Assembly (NCBI RefSeq): GCF_038025025.1
Contig: NW_027117343.1
Location: 1,550,001 to 1,614,000, forward strand
Origin: Phyllosticta citribraziliensis
Taxonomy: Eukaryota
Direction of reading: 5' to 3'
Length of the DNA stretch: 64,000 bases
How positions within the stretch are numbered: position 1 is the first letter of the stretch; each line of letters starts with the position of its first letter. The notes under the pieces are model-generated. The model saw nothing but the letters and a program-made list of their open reading frames with translations. It was not told the DNA's origin and ran no database searches. Below are positions 52,064 to 64,000 of the stretch, piece after piece. The position numbers were made by a program, and so were the translations under genes.

Positions 52064-54433
52064 GGGGCCTTGGTGCATGCAAGCCACGGCGGCCCTGGAG
52101 GTTAGCAGAGCAGCGCCATGTAGCAGCCCTAGCAGCCAACAGCGCGGTAAGATGTGGTGTCGTGCGTCTTGTCAAATTTTCCCCAGCTCGCCGTCACTAT
52201 TTTGGGCCACCATGGCGGCGGCCAGGCCCAAAGGGGCAGCTGGTCGAGCAGTAGGCCAAATGCATCGTCGTAGGCTCTGGGGCCAAGCCACGCGCCTCGA
52301 AGCTTATGCGCTGGAGGGTTCAGGGGCTAGGTCGGGATAGGAAGAGTCGAGGTGGTCCAAATCTCGTTGTTGTTGACATGCAGCTTCTTCTCCTCCGTCA
52401 AAACATCACATATCCCGCAGGCCATCCATTTACGCGCGGGGCTGGGGCCAAGAGGCGCAAGCAATAAGGCTATTTTATGCTTATCTTGGAATGGAGCAGC
52501 GTTGGGGGCGTGCCCTCCATGTCTCGCTCTCTCGTGTCGTGTCTGGTTACACGTCGAAGCGAGACCAACCACGACGCTGCATCCCTCTCGCGCTGCACCC
52601 GCGAAGCGCCAGACCAACCTCCCCTCCCTCCTCTCCCTCTCGCTCTTCGCCGACGACTGCCAGCTCACCTCCGCCACATGCTACCTCTCTCCGCTCTGGC
52701 TTGTTCGTGTCCCCGCGGATCAACCTCTTCCTGTCTCCACATCCACTCGACTTGTTAGCGGCACGTCAGGCTAACCTCTCCAGGCATCGCATCTCCAAAA
52801 TCCAGTCATCTTTGGGACCCAAAAGGCCCCGGCCAGTCCAACACGAGCCACTGCTCCCCGCCGCGCGCGTGCGTCAACTTCGACGCGCCCCTGCGCCGGC
52901 TTCTGCCTTGAGGTACAACTTTGTACCTGCGGCCCTCTCCGCGTCTGCCGTCGTCACTCGTCCTCCATCCATGCACGTGCCTTGATGCGCGGACGGGCCC
53001 GCTGTATCTGATCTCACTGCGCATCCCAAATGCTCGTCTCGTTCGACTCGCTTCTTTCTGTCGAGACAGCGGGGCGCGGAGAATGAGGATCCCGAACCCG
53101 GTTTTTGTGGGCGTGTGGCCGGATCCAGACTCACGATTTGGAGCCCCCCCAAGAAGAAATGGCCCTTTTTTCGACTCGAGCCCATCTCGCGGCATCACTC
53201 AGCAAACCCCGCGCCTATCCATCGTGAGCAAAAGCCCCAGAGTCTCATCAAATTCCACCAAGTCCAAGGTCGCCACCCAGTCACCCAACCAGCCGTTCGG
53301 CCGACCGGTTGGCCATCCGGCACTTGCGGCGCCTCCCTCGGCTTGGCCTCCTTTCAGGGACAGCAAAAAGGCGGTTGCTCCCTTCGACACGGCGACTCCA
53401 TCGCGTCTACCCGTACCCGCCGCCGCTCGTGTCCGCATTTAGCACGCACCCCTGCCGGCGATCACCCAACCGCATCACGGTGCTGGGGGACGGCCCAGGT
53501 ACCAGCGCCTCGCCTTACCGAACCGAACCGAGTCGCTGCGCTTCGCGTGGCAGACTGGCAGTCGGTCGACTGGCAGGTACGTCCGTCCCTGGCGGATCCG
53601 CATCCGCGGACGGCGCCCGTCCGTCGCCTCGTTCGTTCCCGGAACACGCGGCATCCTGCCCGTCAGACGTGGCTCTCGCATCGCCTGGGTCGGACAGGTC
53701 GCTTGCTCACGATGGATTGGAGTCAGGCACCGCGGGTGGAGGCTGTGGGGAGAAGGGTAACTAACCGAGCGACTTCACGAGGGCCCGACATGGCCCGTAT
53801 TTCGGGATACGATAGGCGGTGGTTCGATGGCGTCGGCACTCGATGCGACAACAGTGAGAAAAGAGATTGTTTTGCGGTTACTGCAGTGCTCACGCTTCGC
53901 GCATGGTAGCATTGCACAGGCACATCCATCCTTCTCGTTCACCTCATCCTTCGTGGGCGCCTGTCGGTGACGAGAAGCGGGGTATAGAAAAAGAAAGAGA
54001 CTTGGTTGCAGCACGGGAGGAAGGCTGTTGCACTGTTTCGCGTTGATGGGCTGACCGACGGATAGACTGACAAGGACGGGTGAAATGGCTGCCCTCTTGC
54101 TCTCTATATGCCTGGCGTCCCGCCAGACTTTCGCAATGTAAGTTCTGTCCCTTTCTGTTCCGTCCGCATCATCACACGAAGAGAAATGCCACCGTCACTG
54201 TGTCTCTACGTTGTCGCCAAACATTGTTTGTAACCGCACCGCTCCGGACCCCGGCCGTATAGAGAGAGAAGAAAAAAAAGAGGAAGCGATTGACACACCC
54301 GCCGCGAGGAGCGGCAAGTGTGAAATTCCCCGATCACCGTTGTTGAAGCATTGCCTGCATACTGGTCTTTGGCCAGGAGCAACGTCGCGCCAGTGCTTGG
54401 AGTTGCTCATACCACGGAAGACGGCGAGGCGTC

Positions 54434-57400
54434 TTTTATACTTACAGGTTGGAGCAGCGGAGTATCATGTGCGCGTCCGACGCTTGTGATGCCCGTGACG
54501 CCTGTGACGTCTCGCTCCGGCAGCCGGTGCGGCGGGTATAAAACCCAGACTCTGTCCTGCTCTCCGACACCATCCAGCACTTCCAGACTGTCTGTGGGCG
54601 CCTCCTGAGATCGTGAAGAAAAAGTACTTTTGGGTCTTTTGTTTCCTTGACAAGTGGAACGTTCCAGTTGTACTGTGGCTTGTGCTGTCCTCTCTCTTCT
54701 CTTTTCTATTTGGGCCGCTGAATCGATTCCACCATGCCCGCACGCAGCTTACCATCATTTCTGTCCAACAAGGTAGAACAGCAATGCGTGTAAACGCTAC
54801 CTACGTCCCACCTTGACTGACTGAGGAAAAAGGAGACAATTCCAGGAGCGCAGCGACAACCGGGCAGCATTCTCCTTTGGCCTGTAAGCCCGCGATTCAG
54901 CAGCCCATCCAGCGTGTATAAAATCCACTGCCCTTGAACCTCGTCTCCTCGGCATCTACAGCAGCTCCAGCACTCTGCGTCTCCTCTCGGGCAAAGGAAG
55001 GCTCGCATGGTCCATTTGTGTCTGCCTCCCGGTTCCTCAACACATGACTGCGCCCTGTGCTGTTTGCCCCGACGGACTAGCCGTTCCCTTATTTCTTCTG
55101 CGTCCCTCCGCTCATCAACGCCTAGCTTGAGTCCAGCATTCCTGCAAATAGGTCGTCTGCGCTCTCTCGCCACGACGCGGAATAGCATCACACACAAACG
55201 CGGCGTGTTCTGTACCTCCGCCACCCGGAGACTAACTGGGGCAAAAGGAGACAAGTCAAAGAGCGCAGAAAAAGCACAACCCAGCAGTCCAACCAACGAC
55301 AAGGCGGCAGCCGCGAAGTCCACACGCGGTCGATGTGTTTCTGTGGCTGTAGAAAGGACGCCCTGGAGTGAGTTTTGCAAGCGATGAAGCGGTGTCTTTT
55401 ATACATGCGAGAGAGAGTGGAAGCCAGGGGAGGGCGGTCGCGTGGGCAGTCATCGCCAGTGACGCTCGTGATTCAGGCGCTCGTCTCGGTGCGTATAAAA
55501 TCCACTGTTCCTTCGTCTCCTCAGTGCCTCAGCAATTGCAGCAGTCCACAGCCTTCTCTCGAAGCTCAAGACGGCAAAAACTTCACTCTTCGCCTTGCTC
55601 TGCTTGTCGTGTTACACTGGCCGCCATACCTTATTTCTTTTGTGTCGCTCTGCATGTTGATGCTCTAATTTAAATGTAGTATTCTAGCGTGTGGGTTCTC
55701 TTCATTTTCGGGCTGCGATGTGGAACAGCAATGTGTGAAGATGCTGCATGTTCTGTACTGTACCTGCGTCAACTCCAATTTGCCAACAGAAACACAAAAG
55801 AGTCCGGGACCGCCGCAACAAACGACAAGTCCTTCCTCTCTAACACGGGCTACAAAAGCCAACTTGCAATCGCTTTCTGTGGCTCTGACAGCACAGGAAG
55901 CCCTGGAGAGAAGTTTGTGAGCAAGGAAGCGCTTTTTTTTATACCCTGGAGCAAGAGGGGAACCGGGGTGAGGGCGGTAGCGTAGGCAATCGTCGCGCGT
56001 GGTGCTCGCGATGCTCATGACGCCCGTGATTCAGGGGCTCAGTGCGTACAAAAGTCTGGTCTTTTCTCCCTCCGTCACTCGACATCTTCGACGGCTGCGA
56101 CACTGCGCGGCGTCCTTTGAAGAAGAAGAAAGTTGAAACTAGGGGTTTTCTCCCTTCCCGATACTACAACAACCTCACTGCACCTTTTTGGTCTGTCTGT
56201 CTGCTTGGTCGTGCATTCATTCTTTTCCTCAAGTCCGCCACGCAGAATTGCGCCCCTCACTTCACCATCCTATGACAACGCAACTCCGCATCATCTCTGC
56301 CTCTCTATGACACCCATCAAACAGCCCAAAAGCTGCCAACACGGCGCCGGTGCAATGCCTTACTAAGATCCAAGCGAAACCAAGCAGCGCACGCAAAAAC
56401 CCGCGCCACAGTACGTCAGTTCTACCTCTGCGATCTGACACAGTTCGTCGAAAGTGTACAGGAAGCCTGTCGTTTGTGCCGGAAGTATGCAGCAGAGAAG
56501 ACGCAGCAGCGCCGCTTTTATCCTCCACAGTTACGCACGGAGCGTGCGTCACGTGTGAATGCTCCCCATGCGTGCGCGTGACTGCCGATTGCGCCGTGCA
56601 GTGTGAGGAGGATAAAAGACGCCGTTTGCTGCGGCCTGCTACTGACTTCCAGGATGTGTACCTGCGCTCAACTGCGCAATTTCAACTTTAACAATGGCGA
56701 CGTACTGGTGCTTGTTTGGCCTGGTGAGCTTGATTTTGGCAAGGGAAGGCGGGGGGTTTGTCGTGGTGAGGATTGGGATAGTGTGGAGAAAGATAAGGTG
56801 AGTGGTGGTGTTTGCCATCTTTGTGGACCGGTGCTGGGGTCTGTCGTTTTGGGGCCATGGTATCGCAGACGCGCGATATTCCGTGGACGAGGAAGAGAGT
56901 CGGGTTCAGAGGAGCGAGCGAACCATCCACAAACCCGAGTCTCGGATTCTGCGATCGATGTCGCAAAGCCAAGTGGATTGGGATCCTGGTTTTCTTTCCT
57001 GTACCCAGTCGCTCTATGCATGTCGAACTGCGTCGATGAGTGAAGCCTCTGGTGACTTTTATACCAGCGACGCCGCACTTCTCCCTTTTCGGTCGACGAG
57101 CGCGCGTGACAGAGCGCACCCGGGTATAAAACCTCCTTGTCGGACTGACTGCCTTTGCATCCTGCAATCCAGCCAGCTTACTCTGCCCGCCGCTTCAGGT
57201 GTCAACGTACTTCTGGTGGTGCGGCCGCCACGGTTTTGAGAACGAAGACATTGGTTTTGGTCTTGTGCGCTGGTGATGATATTCCTCCCTGGCTTTTATC
57301 TTTAGTTTCCCGTGCTCAATAGCAGCGGTCGTTGTGGGATTTCGTCGACCGTCTCCGTCATTCTTCAGCGCTACTCCGCATCACCGCTCCGCAATCACAG

Positions 57401-60400
57401 CAGACATTCTCCAGTTCAACGGTTCTTCTGCTGTCTCACACCATCCAGAACTTCTACTCCAGCCACCAGTCGCCAGTAAGAAGAGTGCAAAAAACCAGTA
57501 ATTCTAAGGAAGGCCCGGCGCAACACAGTCAGTATTGGTCATATATTCCATTCCTTAGAATCTCGTGAAACTGAGGACAAAACTGCTGACGCAAAGTAGA
57601 AACGCAGAAGAGCGCGCTTTTATACCTCCCCTCCCTCCCCAGCCCTAGCTCCGGCGACAGCCTAGCAGCGCACGGCCGCACATGACAGCCCCCTTTTCGC
57701 TTTCTGACATCTGACTATCTTCCTAGGCGGGGAGCAGTATAAAACCCCCTCTTCCGCCGTACTTTTCTATCCTAAAAATCAACGACAGCCCTGCCGGCGC
57801 CCTTGCATTAGCTTCCCAAGACAACACCATGCAGACTTTTGGGAATGTCTTTGGCTTGCAGAGTTCCAGGTCTTCCTGTTCCAGTCTACTATCCGTCTTC
57901 ATTGAACTGCGATGCCGCGCTGCGTCATTCCTCTGCGATCGCGACTGGCCTTTTTTCCCGTCTTGGAATCTCAGTCGAGGTGGATCATCTTTGCCGGCGC
58001 AAGAGAAAGCAGCGAGTGTTGAGTCTTGACAATGTTCTATACAATGTTTCCCCCTTGTTATTAGAGGCCTGGGAACTGCTTGCAGTGAGTAGAAGCGAAG
58101 GAGGGAGAGAAGAGCTTTTATACCTTCCCCCCCTGACTATGGCGCAGGCGGGAAGCGGCAAATAAACAGCTCAGCGTCGCACGTGTCAACCAATTCGCTT
58201 TCCCACTTGCGATCGACCCGGGCAGTGGTGGGTATAAAATCCCCCTTCTCGCCCAGCTCTTCGACTCGACAACGGAGCTTCCGCGGCAAAGATTTGCATT
58301 GCACGCACGTATATCGATCGTCCCTGTCTCGTCCTTCGACTGCTGGTCCTTTTGTGGAGGAGAGGAGATACAGACTTGAAACTTTCCAGCCTTCCATCTT
58401 TCCACCCAAGTTCTTCGTTGACATGGCCCGCCATTGTCCCACGTTGCTGGAGCGCAACATCAACACCATGCCTCCTATCCTCGTTTTCATTGAACTGACA
58501 CAACAAGGCGTGGACTGCGCACCAAACCGACCGCAAAACAAGTAGGACCTTGTTGCTGGACTGGCACGAAGCCGCGAGTCAAAATCTTTGGCATTTCTGT
58601 CTCTGAAGCCGTTTGAGTCGACAGGTCAATTGTCGATGAGAAAGAAGGTGCAGTGCGAAGACGACGAGAGTTTCATACCTCGCTGCAATCCGGCCTCGGA
58701 TCAAATTCGTTCGACTTCGGCGTGTGAGCGGCACTCTATCGATCAATCTGTCGATCCAGCATCCAGCGTCGGCTCAGCGGACGGGTATTTAAACCTCGCT
58801 TGCCTCCCTCCTCGCCGTTCACTCCAAAGCAAGACAGATTGCACCATATGCCGGTCATCCACTGCCCTTAGGTCATCATTTCTGGTGACTACGCACTTGC
58901 TTGTCTTCACCGTCCTCTTCTAGTGTTTAACTTTTTCTTCTCGTTCTCTTGCCGACACATCCCCTGTATAGCAGTTCAAGTCTTTCACTTAATCCTTCAC
59001 TATCTAACATCATCAGCGGAAGCGCGACTCCCGCAATCATCAACAATGGAAGATGACATATGCGCTTGTCGTTGTTGTCACAGTATCTAGCTGAGCCCCT
59101 GAGCCCCTGAATTCTTTTGGAATGACTGACTGGCTGAATGCGCAAAAGGCGAGCACCGACTCCAAAAGCCAGCATGAGAGAACGGGTACTGGCTGTGGAA
59201 CCGCCAGTCGATGTCTTCGCGTGGGGGAATTTGCGCAGCTCTCTGCAAGCCAGGCGAGGTGTTGATGAAAAGAGGTCGCCGTTGACAGACTGACAGCGGG
59301 TTTTTATACTTGCGCCTCGTCAGAAGCAAAAGCACGGATGCCGTCAGGAGGCAGCGCAGGCAGTAGCATGTGGGTTCAACGTACACGTGTCCCTGACAGA
59401 CCTGCTGACAAGCCGGCATTTCAGAGGGTAGCAAGGCGAGGTATAAAAGCCCCCCTTTCTCTCACTCACCTTTATTCTGCAGAAGAGGACTTGCTTCCGC
59501 ACCACCCAAGTCGCCAGCAGTGCACTTGCTACTAGTCTTACTTCCCCTCCTGCTGTTGTAGAATTTAAAAACTCCATCGGCGGTAATGTTGCTCACTATC
59601 ATCCCACGACTTTGACGCAGGACACAACGCTGGCAACTGTCGTCGCAGCGCCTCTCTTGACTTGCCAGAACCCAGTCCAAGCGCGCGAACAGCAAACCAA
59701 GTAGGCCATTTCCCATATTTCTGGACACCGCAGAGCCGCGAGTGCTTTTTCTGCCTGCGGAAGTTCCTGTAGTCATCTGTGGGTCTACACAGAACGCCCG
59801 AATAGCAACGAGTCAAGGAGAGGGAGTGAAGCCTTTTATACCTCTCCGCAACCCCTGTGTCAGGAGTCTGGCGGGAGAGGTATAAAACCCCAGCCCTTTT
59901 CTTCAGCTCCCCTTTCTTTCCGCAGGGGGAGGCTTGCGTCTGCGCCGCGCAAGCTTCATCAACATCTACGCATTCCACTGTAATTATTCCTGCGCTTTTT
60001 CCGGCGCTGGGTGCATCCATTGCCTCTTCTTTCACGCCCTCTCCGCGTTATGGAGGGTTGGCTGACGAGCGTTATTGATGGTAGTGCTGCGCGCCGTCAT
60101 GCGCCTGTAATGTAGGGGAGAATGACACCCTAGCACAACCGCGCGAGCGGGAAACAAGTCGGTGTGGTTGATGATCACTGGACATCGCAGAGCCGCCAGT
60201 ATGTCGTTTGACGAGGATTTCCAGTAGTCTGCACGCCTGCGCAGAGTGTTTGAACAGGAACAAGCTGTGTAGGAGGGAGAAGAGCCTTTTGTACCCCCTT
60301 GCACCTCCGTAATGAGTGAGTGCGGCAGGCAGGCAGGCAGGCAGGGTATAAAACCCCCGCCCCTTCTCTTCTGCTCAGCTTTATCTTGCAACAAGATGAT

Positions 60401-61650
60401 TAGCCTGCAGGAATAAGGTTGCGGAGAACAACCAGTTCATTTACTACTTGTTTCTGTCCCTGCTCTTTTTCTGCTACCTACTTGAGGAGTTGATTTCGCA
60501 GACCAGCGACGTCGCTGTCTACTGCATCGTCAGTGCAAATGCTGTGCGCCATCATCTCGCGCCTTTGACGTAGGAAATCAACGCTGATGCTGACGATGCC
60601 ATCGCAGTCGCAGCGTCTGCCTTAACACACAACACAACACCCCAGCCCAACCGGAACGACACGAACAGCAAACCAAGTCGATAGTCGATCGCCTCCTCTC
60701 CGGACACCACAGACCCACCAGTCAGATAGACCTTATGAACTCTGAATTGCTCGCTGGTGCTCGTTGTGGAAGAGAAAGAGAGAGGATCCAGTGCCCGGAG
60801 CGGCGCTTAAATACCTCGTGGCAGCGACGGAATCGATGCAAAAGCACATGTCGGCCTTTTTGAATGGCCAATTGACTGACTGACCAATTGACTGACCAGG
60901 CACAAGCCAACAAGCCGACCAACCGGCACTCTGGCGACTGGAGCGGGCAAGGTATAAAACCCCCAATCCCCCCCACCCCCTTCTTCCCGGAGGCCGACAA
61001 GAGTGCGTCTACGTCTGCGCAAAACCCCCAGAAGAGAACAAATTGAAGAGGAAAGATACGGTGTTTTTTTCTTCTTTTCCTTCTTTCTTGGCGTTCCGTT
61101 TGTCCACTTCCTCGCGTCTCCTCGCCGCCTCCTCGCCGTCTTTGCGGGTTCTGCCTGTCAAATGTCAATTGTCAAATGTCAAACATCAGCAGCAGAAACA
61201 ATGCTATATGTGGCCATCATTGCGGTTTGATGAAGCAGATCGCCGGCGTCCTGTAGTGTGTTCCGTAGTCAAAGTCGCGCTGTGTCGACTCAGCGCAACG
61301 CCGGCACAACGTAACGCAACGCAAGTACGCAATCGAACGCCTCTCCCGCCCCAATACCAACGCCAGTGGCATCCCACGCAGATGTCGAGACATTGTCGCT
61401 TCCTCAGAAGAAGAGCGCAAGGTATCTACTTCCACTGAGTGAGTGAGTGAGTAGAGAAGCCGCTTTTATACCTGCGGAGCTGGAGATGCCACATGCCATC
61501 CACTCACAGTCTCGTGGTTGACTCGCGCGGTAGTCTGGGCGCGTGGGAGCGTGGCATGTGCGCGACATGTGCTACTAATTCCGTGCGGTGTCGTCTCCTC
61601 AGCCAATGAGCTGGAAACGGCTCGTGAGTGAGTGAGTGAGGAGGTATAAC
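54434..61650. repeat. Array 2: ~14 periodic units, each with an inverted TTTTATAC...GTATAAAA pair
   Basis: Left/right arms at 54434/54536, (none)/54916, 55397/55493, 55937/56046, 56516/56611, 57057/57123, 57618/57737, 58116/58231, 58671/58784, 59302/59441, 59834/59880, 60287/60344, 60807/60951 and 61464/61643. Mean period is ~550 bp. Confidence 0.88.
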
Positions 61651-64000
61651 ACCCTCCCTCCTTTCCTGCAACCACTGCTCTCTCATCATCAACAGCGGCA
61701 GCTTGCACCACAAAACCTAGGAGCCAAGTGACTGTCCACCAATCGCGTGTACAAGGCATCTTGACTTTTTTCTGGTTGCTGCTGTTGCCGAATTTTCCCC
61801 ATCTATTCCAACTGACCTTTTCTTCATTTTCGTCTCCGCGCGCAGCTTTGAGATTTCTCAGAGCTGCGCCGTCGACACGGCGGAAGTGTGTGCGGACGAT
61901 GATGCAGCTGCTCATTGCGCGCTGACGCTACCCTTCGCCATCATGCTGTCAAAATGACGCCGCGCCGTATTTTCGCCCGCCGCACTTCACAGTCAGAAAA
62001 GGAGGGGACGGGAAGAAAGAGTGAGAGAGTGCAAGAAGGGAAGATAGGAGACGAGGAGAAGAAACAAAACAAGACAAGAAAAGAAGAGGAAGAGAGAGCA
62101 GGAAGGGCTGGAAAGAGAAAAACGCACCCCACGAGTTTACGTACGCGCATCTGCACATCTTTACCGAACAGGCACGACAGATCTGCCGTGTCACCGTGGC
62201 AGTGTTCTGGCTGACTGGCTCAGCCCTGCCCTGCGCCAAGCAAGCCTGTGTTCTCACCTCACGAGACGAGCAAACCACTTACCTGCCACTCACCTGCCAA
62301 GGAACTGCTGGATGGGTGGCGCACAAGCATCGCGTCACTCGCGCGACTCTGCTTTCCGGCACACCACGAGGACGGAAGGTTTGCTGAGAAGTGGCGGGCA
62401 GGAAAGGCTGCTCGTCTGCCGTTGCGCGACAATGCCCAGTACCCCGTCGGAATACTGTAGAAAGAGGTGAGAGGGCGCGCTTTATGTACTCCGCAGCATG
62501 TGTACTGTACAACGGCGATTCAGCCAGCCCAGCACGGATGGGTAGAGTTGTCAGATGGATGGATGCATGGACGCGGCGCGCTGGCACGCACGCACGCGAG
62601 GAAGCGAAGACTCGGCACGAGAAGAGTCTATGCAGCGTGCGGTGCATGCGCTGGCGGATGAACATGTAGGAGCATGAATCGAGCAAGGCAAGGCGAGTCG
62701 CAGGCCCGCTGCGTCGTCTGCCGCAATCCCAAAGAGAGGACGGCGTATCCGTCCGTCACAGTAACCAGTGCAGACAGAGAAAGAGAGTAAGGGACAGCTC
62801 AAAGCAGCAAGCCGACGACGCATCTTGCCGCCATTCCTCGACGACCAGCAGGAGGATGGCAGTGCCATCCGACAGAGACACGACCAAGTCATCCACCTCT
62901 TGCCAGCTTTGACAGCAGCAACCCGCGAAAACACTCATCCACGCACGCGGAGGAGCGCGACGAATAGGGCCGAAGGCGCGCCCGTGGGGTCTGTGTTGGG
63001 GTCCGGGGGAAACGCCACAGGCCGTATCTCGTGCGGCGGTAGTGGGTCCGGGGGTGAGTGAGAGAAAGGTGGGAGAAGCAGAGAGGGATGGAAAAGCAGA
63101 CCGACAGAGAAGAAAAGAACGAAAAAGACGACGAGGTCAAGGACGAAGCAAGCAACGCGCGGCACCGACAGAGAACAGACACGCGCAACAAACCACGGCG
63201 GCAAAGTGAAGTGGCCATCCACCAGACGAGTCGAGGCGAGGCGAGGTTGCTTCAACCATTGCCGATGGCCGCCTGGGAAATGGTCTCCGAGTCGGCAGGC
63301 AGGTAGGAGACTCGAAAAAGCCCCCATCCGCGCGTTACCCCCCCGTTGGCAGTCAGGGTCCGCGGCGCCGTGTGGCGCTTTTTGCGGCGCCTTTCAGCCT
63401 GGAGAAAGGCACCGCGCGGCTGGGGTCTAGGCCGGGAGGCGCTGCGCGCAGACATTCAGGCTGAATCGTGTGGGTAGAAAGGGGGATGGCCGACGGAGCA
63501 ATGGGTGCCGTGGCTGGCGTGCTGTTGAGAAGACAAACAGAGAGGCGGAAGAGGAAGAGAAAGTTGGTGTTGGCGGAGCTGGTGGATTACCGGTTACGGT
63601 AGTGCAGCCGACCGAAGCAGCGACGAAGTATAACAACAGGGCGAGTCCACGGGGCTGGCTGGGTCGTCAGCTGGGCAGCAGCTTGGTGTTCCAGGTTGGT
63701 GATGGAGATGCAGCAGTGCGGCTCGGTGTGGTGTTCCCCCGTTGGCGTCTGGCTGCAGGGAATAGAGTTCGTTTGAGGGGCCCCATGGCACCTACGGACC
63801 TTACCCCACGACGCGCTAGGCCACCCCATCACACACACACACCCGCACACCAAGCCCAGCATTCCTCCATCGACCTGACGGCCCTCTCACCGCCGCCTAT
63901 GTCCTGTCGCTCTTATATAACACAATGTGCTCCCCTGCCGTTGGCCCCGTCTCCTCGCTCGACTCGACTCCCTGCTTGCTTCTGCGCTCTGTTCAGGTGC

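Noticed and set aside
54100..54266. CTCTCTATATG...CGTATAGAGAG inverted pair as an additional array unit
   Set aside because: Off-period and divergent in the core. It may be a decayed edge unit but was not counted.
6716..61650. Arrays interpreted as CRISPR
   Set aside because: Eukaryotic context, no cas genes, degenerate inverted pairs rather than identical direct repeats, and spacers that are ~10x too long and partly paralogous.
54434..61650. Units interpreted as MITE insertions
   Set aside because: No consistent target-site duplications, interiors vary in length and sequence, and regular spacing is not expected from independent insertions. Not formally excluded.

Overview
Eukaryotic DNA from a filamentous ascomycete, shown by short GT-AG introns with CTRAC-type branch points and typical fungal gene families. 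Eleven protein-coding genes are supported: a C2H2 zinc-finger/caspase-like protein, an AP-1/RsmA-like bZIP factor that appears frameshifted, phosducin-like Plp2, a divergent gamma-COP, two tandem alpha/beta-hydrolase-NACHT (NLR-like) genes, an MFS transporter, an RRM/zinc-finger/G-patch protein, an AspE-like septin, lipoyl synthase and a CBM18-AA5 glyoxal oxidase. The most striking unexplained structure is two apparently non-coding arrays at ~6.7-13.1 kb and ~54.4-61.7 kb. Each holds 12-14 units at a ~550-560 bp period. Almost every unit has an inverted pair TTTTATAC...GTATAAAA spanning ~55-190 bp. The arms co-vary within a unit, and the ~400-450 bp between units is divergent. Exon coordinates were read by eye, and family calls rest on motif recognition with no database search.
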